In this document: positions 63,470 through 64,000 of the stretch, in pieces
How positions within the stretch are numbered: position 1 is the stretch's first letter
Layout: every line of letters begins with the position of its first letter
Assembly (NCBI RefSeq): GCF_964355755.1
Contig: NC_092671.1
Span: forward strand, 12,586,001-12,650,000
Direction of reading: 5' to 3'
DNA: 64,000 nt
Origin: Antedon mediterranea
Taxonomy: Eukaryota > Animalia > Echinodermata
Program-made: the position numbers and the translations under genes
The notes under the pieces: generated by a model
Seen by the model: the letters and a program-made list of their open reading frames with translations, nothing else
The model's database searches: none
Told to the model about the DNA's origin: nothing

Positions 63470-64000
63470 ATACTATTCTTTAGTTCTTTGTTTCTGACAA
63501 CTGTTTGCGTGCCCTAATATTGTGTCCTATTATGTATAGAATGTACATTTACCACCGAGCTCAAGGATATCGATGCAACTGAATTTGATACAGCTGTAAT
63601 GGAGTGTGCTTTAAGTAACCCTAAAGCTAAAGTCACATGGACAGTTGAATCAAAGCTGATAGAAGAGAATGAGAAGTTCACCTTTATTGTTGATGGCAAA
63701 AAGCGTGGCCTTCGTATAAAAGATGTTGGTATTGATGACGATGCTGAATATACATGTTCTATTGGTGCCCAACAAACATCCGCTGGATTATTTGTTGAAG
63801 GTAATTTATAACCTCTTCACTTTTAATACTAAATAATTTAGTGTAGTGTAGTTTTTGTGTATTCGTCTATTTTATGTATCTGATAAGCTAGCATTTTTAG
63901 AAAAAGAATGTTTTACAATCTTTTTAATCATTTTAATGCCTAATCTATTTAAGGAACCAAGTTTGAAACAAAGCTTATTGATGTGACTGTTATAGTAGGC
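1..64000 (+). CDS. TTN: Titin/connectin-family giant muscle protein gene (kettin/Sallimus-like N-terminal part, N2A-PEVK-tandem-Ig C-terminal part); internal portion, about 68 exons
   Basis: About 50 I-set Ig domains (P.F...L.D, C...G.P.P.V.W.KDG, D.G.Y.C.A.N..G), SH3, Fn3, PEVK-like exons; every intron phase chains consistently on the + strand. The symbol denotes family membership, not proven orthology. Confidence 0.92.
428..515 (+). CDS. Exon: kettin-type inter-Ig linker
   Basis: tgtgtag| KDAVILETQLPEEMQGIQKTLAYEKALR |gtaagt; phase 1 to 2. Confidence 0.85.
791..971 (+). CDS. Exon: Ig N-half
   Basis: ttttcag| ...EPSFVKIPEE...CRLTGYPLPRVSWYKDG.. |gtaagt; phase 2 to 0. Confidence 0.9.
1114..1297 (+). 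CDS. Exon: Ig C-half resembling the last kettin Ig
   Basis: ttcacag| SSRIKICFDGLHHLEIPKTRPYDAGEIKVEAKNKYG... |gtaaag. Confidence 0.9.
1495..1986 (+). CDS. Exon: linker plus Ig domain
   Basis: aatcag| ...PVFSLELLDQVAVEGSPVVFEV...DDAGVYTVELSN.. |gtatct; phase 1-1. Confidence 0.88.
2863..3020 (+). CDS. Exon: Ig N-half
   Basis: catttag| ...APKVLSAP...VVWYK |gtaaac. Confidence 0.85.
3382..3547 (+). CDS. Exon: Ig C-half (not in ORF track)
   Basis: ttaacag| GDQKLVTSIRQKMIEDDNVFTLLILDCKPEDTGSYYCEACNACG.. |gtaagc. Confidence 0.88.
3787..3885 (+). CDS. Exon: Ig N-part
   Basis: ttacag| NNKAPQLTSHMNDVEVEEGCPIEIQCHAVSKT |gtaacg. Confidence 0.82.
5054..5242 (+). CDS. Exon: Ig C-part (frame differs from listed ORF)
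   Basis: ctttcag| PIVTWFLDKAIIKPSKYFQMFYEDGIAKLYINEVFPEDEGLYSCEVRNDFG.. |gtatgt. Confidence 0.88.
6722..6845. mobile_element. MITE copy 1 (5'-truncated), PIF/Harbinger-like, intronic
   Basis: Near-identical core (aagtgtgatgtgcccaaatatggtagtgatatg) to 29248-29406; right TIR ..tagtgtagacagagct followed by tta. Confidence 0.7.
7499..7561 (+). CDS. Candidate 63-nt cassette micro-exon (DHSAHQAKTSHVMSLVNATPS)
   Basis: tcacag|...|gtattt; phase 1-1, stop-free, about 43% GC inside an AT-rich intron. Confidence 0.45.
7856..8170 (+). CDS. Exon: one Ig domain
   Basis: atttcag| ..PPKFVQKISNVDVIEGNPARFDCKIVGTPQPEVTWYKD.. |gtaagt. Confidence 0.92.
10049..10720 (+). CDS. Exon: unique linker plus Ig
   Basis: ttttacag| ..PPAFTKFINHCRLYEGDEARFD.. 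|gtatat. Confidence 0.9.
10969..11186 (+). CDS. Exon: Ig N-half
   Basis: tttgcag| ..PPTFTSYM..SGYPRPTVRWFK |gtaagt. Confidence 0.88.
11339..11507 (+). CDS. Exon: Ig C-half (not in ORF track)
   Basis: ttttcag| NGSELRPAGRVHIRITQDGSCILKIKMIQPTDAAKYMVKAANPAG.. |gtcagt. Confidence 0.88.
11683..12357 (+). CDS. Exon: Thr-rich linker plus Ig
   Basis: tttttag| ..PPKFVQLLHDTVATEGDSVQLEC.. |gtatgt. Confidence 0.9.
12552..21209 (+). CDS. Giant exon (8,658 nt, 2,886 codons): 9 Ig domains interspersed with Glu-rich repeats
   Basis: ORF 12518-21229; acceptor atttcag at 12551, donor G|gtaaga at 21210; phase 1-1. Confidence 0.92.
15527..20870 (+). repeat. Coding super-repeat: 1,416-bp unit (Ig plus several 50-64 aa KTEVTMEREPQSLQPIELILEKESELVPEY repeats)
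   Basis: APTVLVPLQD Ig starts at about 15527, 16769, 18185, 19601; antisense ORFs recur at a 1,416-bp offset. Confidence 0.9.
21435..23033 (+). CDS. Large exon: acidic unique sequence plus Ig
   Basis: ttctaag| ..; ORF 21533-23077; donor G|gtcagt; 1,599 nt, phase 1-1. Confidence 0.85.
23331..25046 (+). CDS. Large exon: three Ig domains plus unique sequence
   Basis: ttctcag| ..; ORF 23381-25063; donor G|gttgga (weak); 1,716 nt, phase 1-1. Confidence 0.82.
25556..25957 (+). CDS. Exon: linker plus Ig
   Basis: tttacag| ..SPVFIQELQ..CQVTGNPQPSVKWFKDG.. |gtataa. Confidence 0.88.
26624..27795 (+). CDS. Exon: PEVK-like Ala-rich repeat plus Ig N-half
   Basis: gatttag| ..; ORF 26686-27885; donor GAA|gtaagt. 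Confidence 0.88.
26689..27276 (+). repeat. Coding tandem repeat, 54 bp / 18 aa (QPVVVELAASAKEAEPEV) x about 11
   Basis: caaccagtt recurs at 26689, 26743 and onward; visible in translation. Confidence 0.9.
27912..28059 (+). CDS. Exon: Ig C-half
   Basis: cctttag| ASSDFKIRFDGKYHVLEILDVFIDDCGIYICEATNPVG.. |gtaaaa. Confidence 0.88.
28178..28359 (+). CDS. Exon: PEVK-like linker
   Basis: tctacag| ESEEGPVAGEPQPVQKEE..LHFQ |gtgaaa; phase 1 to 0. Confidence 0.8.
28586..28747 (+). CDS. Exon: Ig N-half (not in ORF track)
   Basis: atgtag| VEEAP..CAPYFTKELEQKSIAVDGESVFFQCSVAGVPRPK |gtataa. Confidence 0.88.
29003..29186 (+). CDS. Exon: Ig C-half (not in ORF track)
   Basis: tacatag| VTWYVDGNEIKDEPEY..IIPEDEGDYTCKAVNHLG.. 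|gtacgt. Confidence 0.88.
29248..29406. mobile_element. MITE copy 2, PIF/Harbinger (Tourist)-like, 159 bp with TAA target duplication
   Basis: TAA|agatctgtctacactatc ... gatagtgtagattgagct|TAA; long imperfect inverted arms; second copy at 6722. Confidence 0.78.
30312..33095 (+). CDS. Giant exon (2,784 nt): acidic low-complexity unique sequence, no Ig
   Basis: ORF 30377-33124; acceptor ggttag, donor G|gttggc; phase 1-1; three degenerate repeats of about 60 aa near 32340-32890. Confidence 0.78.
33376..33467 (+). CDS. Small linker exon
   Basis: taatag| VSLTVTETPDAVKSEEEVSVDLSVSEAAPL |gtatga; phase 1 to 0. Confidence 0.75.
33705..33869 (+). CDS. Small Glu/Val/Thr linker exon
   Basis: tctacag| SEEHIEVTQTVEAH..QKDEK |gtttgt; phase 0-0. 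Confidence 0.8.
34019..34127 (+). CDS. Exon: SH3 N-half, ends at a GC donor
   Basis: gtttcag| ..KHFVALGSYLAESDEVMSIREGE G|gcaagt. Confidence 0.85.
34336..34500 (+). CDS. Exon: SH3 C-half
   Basis: tttttag| LRILDNSHGDWWLVRKGTGEEGWVPSSYL.. |gtatac; WW and GWVPSSY SH3 signatures. Confidence 0.9.
34779..35081 (+). CDS. Exon: Ig
   Basis: aatacag| ..APQFTTSL..CCVEGNPTPIVAWYR..PEDSGKYTC.. |gtaaag. Confidence 0.9.
35208..35274 (+). CDS. Small Ser-rich linker exon
   Basis: aaacag| SISDAESIDSTHTSTSRKSLS AG|gtaatt; phase 1 to 2, required to restore frame. Confidence 0.85.
35509..35831 (+). CDS. Exon: Ig
   Basis: tctatag| ESTIDEPEGLKPAF..FKLIAAPRPQVAWY.. |gtaagt. Confidence 0.9.
37331..37627 (+). CDS. 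Exon: Ig
   Basis: atgtcag| ..PPRFVQPITSLTVKEGETAKFEC.. |gtaccc. Confidence 0.88.
38122..38532 (+). CDS. Exon: linker plus Ig
   Basis: gttttag| ..PPTFTIPVEDVDALKGTTAEL..EDDAEYLCKAIN.. |gtatat. Confidence 0.88.
38800..39015 (+). CDS. Exon: acidic linker
   Basis: attttag| PTEMTEAAS..VTVE G|gtagga; phase 1-1. Confidence 0.8.
39240..39866 (+). CDS. Exon: two Ig domains
   Basis: aaaacag| ..EPKFVEEM.. and ..MPMFVQEL.. |gtaaag. Confidence 0.9.
40840..40900. repeat. Perfect 61-bp palindrome (30-bp arms, 1-nt spacer) made of two 22-bp CCATAGAC-N6-GTCTATGG hairpin units
   Basis: gttcaaccatagacctatatgtctatggtt-g-aaccatagacatataggtctatggttgaac. Confidence 0.92.
41673..41951 (+). CDS. Exon: Ig preceding Fn3
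   Basis: ttcttag| PANILDGPSTITVNAGE..DAGEYAIEAENNAG.. |gtaagt. Confidence 0.9.
42482..42778 (+). CDS. Exon: fibronectin type III domain
   Basis: VPGSPSKPQVSNITKTSVRLTWQPPHMDGG..YRFRVSAENILGVGAPS; titin-type Fn3 consensus. Confidence 0.92.
43164..43306 (+). CDS. Composite exon: 45-nt internal form (donor at 43209) or terminal form ending in a hydrophobic tail
   Basis: tttatag| PPRSADKMDTLRPR G|gtatga; read-through gives GMTGLPDLLEWDVVGLLAIFVAFCYFLMSFII-stop. Confidence 0.65.
45068..45355 (+). CDS. Exon: Ig
   Basis: aatatag| PTFTRPLHDTDIAEGDNVEMECLVEGEPHPEIVWYKDG.. |gtttga. Confidence 0.9.
45524..49188 (+). CDS. Giant exon (3,665 nt): Thr/Val/Lys/Glu-rich 70-aa repeats plus start of Ig
   Basis: ORF 45472-49194; acceptor cccacag, donor AAG|gtatag; phase 1 to 0. 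Confidence 0.9.
45949..49101 (+). repeat. Coding tandem repeat, 210 bp / 70 aa x15
   Basis: TQEVVTLVDEVTDKKAVPLEKDTAKVDITETVKPVAKEAVTIIDTVVVEKPTQVDEVTAKADITEVERPV. Confidence 0.92.
49410..49486 (+). CDS. Exon: Ig middle part
   Basis: attgtag| EVVDGDYVKFTSTLSGTPRPTVNWF AG|gtattg. Confidence 0.85.
49673..49839 (+). CDS. Exon: Ig C-part
   Basis: acaacag| NETEIHTDEDY..AIPEDSGEITLKAFNIAG.. |gtatag. Confidence 0.85.
50077..50133 (+). CDS. Exon: Ig N-terminus
   Basis: tttacag| KLFPPTFIDKPSDREVME G|gtattt. Confidence 0.82.
50262..50541 (+). CDS. Exon: Ig preceding tri-helix motif 1
   Basis: attacag| DDIEIRFKIDGNPYPSLSWGKGWKK..SFLRALK AA|gtaaga. Confidence 0.88.
50652..50826 (+). CDS. Exon: degenerate N2A/MyBP-C-type tri-helix bundle 1 (not in ORF track)
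   Basis: atttcag| KPEVKKEKVEINIFELLKEAEPSEYVEILKENGVVDSNEIAEHVEKMKK.. |gtattt. Confidence 0.82.
50930..51947 (+). CDS. Exon: PEVK-like
   Basis: tgtatag| EFVPEASK..; includes ORF 51161; donor G|gtaagt. Confidence 0.88.
52051..52191 (+). CDS. Exon: linker plus Ig N-terminus
   Basis: tttgtag| ..QAPFFEIKPRAKDIEE G|gtatag. Confidence 0.85.
52288..52564 (+). CDS. Exon: Ig preceding tri-helix motif 2
   Basis: tttttag| EKVELYFKVHGFPMP..DAGRYICKIANEAG..FKVPLK AA|gtaagt. Confidence 0.88.
52727..52943 (+). CDS. Exon: N2A/MyBP-C-type tri-helix bundle 2
   Basis: EIIEALLREASPDDYERILMEHGVFDFRAMLKHIKR; phase 2 to 0. Confidence 0.88.
53099..53210 (+). CDS. Small linker exon (not in ORF track)
   Basis: tctaaag| KLRHIEESVTEVTQPALE..PKLP G|gtaatt; phase 0 to 1. 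Confidence 0.78.
54065..54625 (+). CDS. Exon: Glu/Lys-rich PEVK-like
   Basis: ttttcag| ..; repeats of ESAFEFKKRK/ESAFKLRKK/EGTFVLKRK; donor G|gtacat. Confidence 0.85.
55086..56663 (+). CDS. Large acidic Asn/Asp/Cys-containing unique exon (alternative in-frame acceptor at 55077)
   Basis: ORF 55199-56671; tttgtag| ... TAC G|gtaatt; phase 1-1. Confidence 0.68.
56817..56880 (+). mobile_element. Possible 3' end remnant of an L2-clade LINE/SINE
   Basis: atgcattgag..ttatgcgctagataagaa..tattattatt resembles the stem-loop plus (TAT)n tail recalled for L2-type 3' ends. Confidence 0.35.
57203..57472 (+). CDS. Exon: first distal tandem-type Ig
   Basis: aatttag| PPAIKRPLRDINAKVNDTVTLEVTLS.. C|gtaagg. 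Confidence 0.9.
57683..57946 (+). CDS. Ig exon A1
   Basis: LNFTSEIKDV..EAQVSVSTADVVWLKDNKP..; 264 nt, phase 1-1. Confidence 0.92.
58164..58424 (+). CDS. Ig exon B1
   Basis: TKFTSQLKDVTA..CEVSNQEASVTWMKNN..; 261 nt. Confidence 0.92.
58572..58838 (+). CDS. Ig exon C1
   Basis: PPVLFTSELKPVEINECEDACFTCNVSDENAEIKWFKDG..; 267 nt. Confidence 0.92.
59014..59277 (+). CDS. Ig exon A2
   Basis: Near-identical to A1/A3; cag|..G|gtaagt. Confidence 0.92.
59511..59771 (+). CDS. Ig exon B2
   Basis: Near-identical to B1/B3. Confidence 0.92.
59919..60185 (+). CDS. Ig exon C2
   Basis: Near-identical to C1. Confidence 0.92.
60354..60617 (+). CDS. Ig exon A3
   Basis: Near-identical to A2. Confidence 0.92.
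60640..61029. mobile_element. Tc/mariner-superfamily-like MITE (390 bp, TA target duplication)
   Basis: TA|tcatatttatttgaataaacg ... gtttattcaaataaatacag|TA; absent from the paralogous A1-B1 and A2-B2 introns; internal tttattcgagggagg repeats. Confidence 0.82.
61216..61476 (+). CDS. Ig exon B3
   Basis: Protein identical to B2 in the ORF track. Confidence 0.92.
61572..61838 (+). CDS. Ig exon C3 (diverged)
   Basis: PPVVFTADLKTVELIEREDAYFTCSISDENAEITWFKDG.. Confidence 0.92.
61952..62215 (+). CDS. Ig exon A4 (diverged)
   Basis: LKFTSGIQDVNVTEFEDEVIFQAEVSSANAEVTWFKDNKP.. Confidence 0.92.
62483..62743 (+). CDS. Ig exon B4 (diverged)
   Basis: TKFTSPLQDIITAEFGETTFSCQVSNQQATVTWMKND.. Confidence 0.92.
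62877..63137 (+). CDS. Ig exon
   Basis: TNFTKELKNTEVAEFDDVKLVCEVSNAKVTVSWRKDG.. |gtaaat. Confidence 0.92.
63419..63467. repeat. (AT)n microsatellite; shorter (AT)n at 63248-63273 and 45486-45506, (AAT)n near 43374-43394
   Basis: Direct reading. Confidence 0.95.
63540..63800 (+). CDS. Ig exon
   Basis: CTFTTELKDIDATEFDTAVMECALSNPKAKVTW.. |gtaatt. Confidence 0.92.
63954..64000 (+). CDS. Start of next Ig exon (runs off window)
   Basis: tttaag| TKFETKLIDVTVIVG. Confidence 0.8.

Noticed and set aside
57203-64000. Separate obscurin-like or hemicentin-like gene
   Set aside because: Phase-1 splicing continues from the PEVK-like exons, with no start exon, signal peptide or RhoGEF domain in view; this Ig type also fits titin distal I-band.

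Overview
Animal (invertebrate-type, AT-rich introns) genomic DNA filled end to end by the interior of one giant + strand, multi-exon titin/connectin-family muscle gene. Neither a start codon nor the final stop is in the window. By reading splice sites and intron phases by hand I can chain about 68 exons (about 36.5 kb coding, roughly 12,000 aa) in one continuous frame. They encode about 50 I-set Ig domains, one SH3 domain (split by a GC-AG intron), one Fn3 domain, two titin-N2A/MyBP-C-type tri-helix-bundle motifs, and several giant Glu/Pro/Val/Lys/Thr-rich repeat exons (up to 8,658 nt). The 5' two thirds look like arthropod kettin/Sallimus. The 3' third looks like vertebrate titin N2A-PEVK-distal tandem Ig, with a recently duplicated three-exon Ig super-repeat. 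The most intriguing signal is a GC-rich read-through tail after the Fn3 exon that would end the protein in a 20-residue hydrophobic helix, a candidate membrane tail-anchored titin isoform. Introns hold two copies of a Harbinger-like MITE, a Tc/mariner-like MITE whose empty site is visible in paralogous introns, a perfect 61-bp nested palindrome and microsatellites. Family comparisons are recalled from memory; no searches were run.
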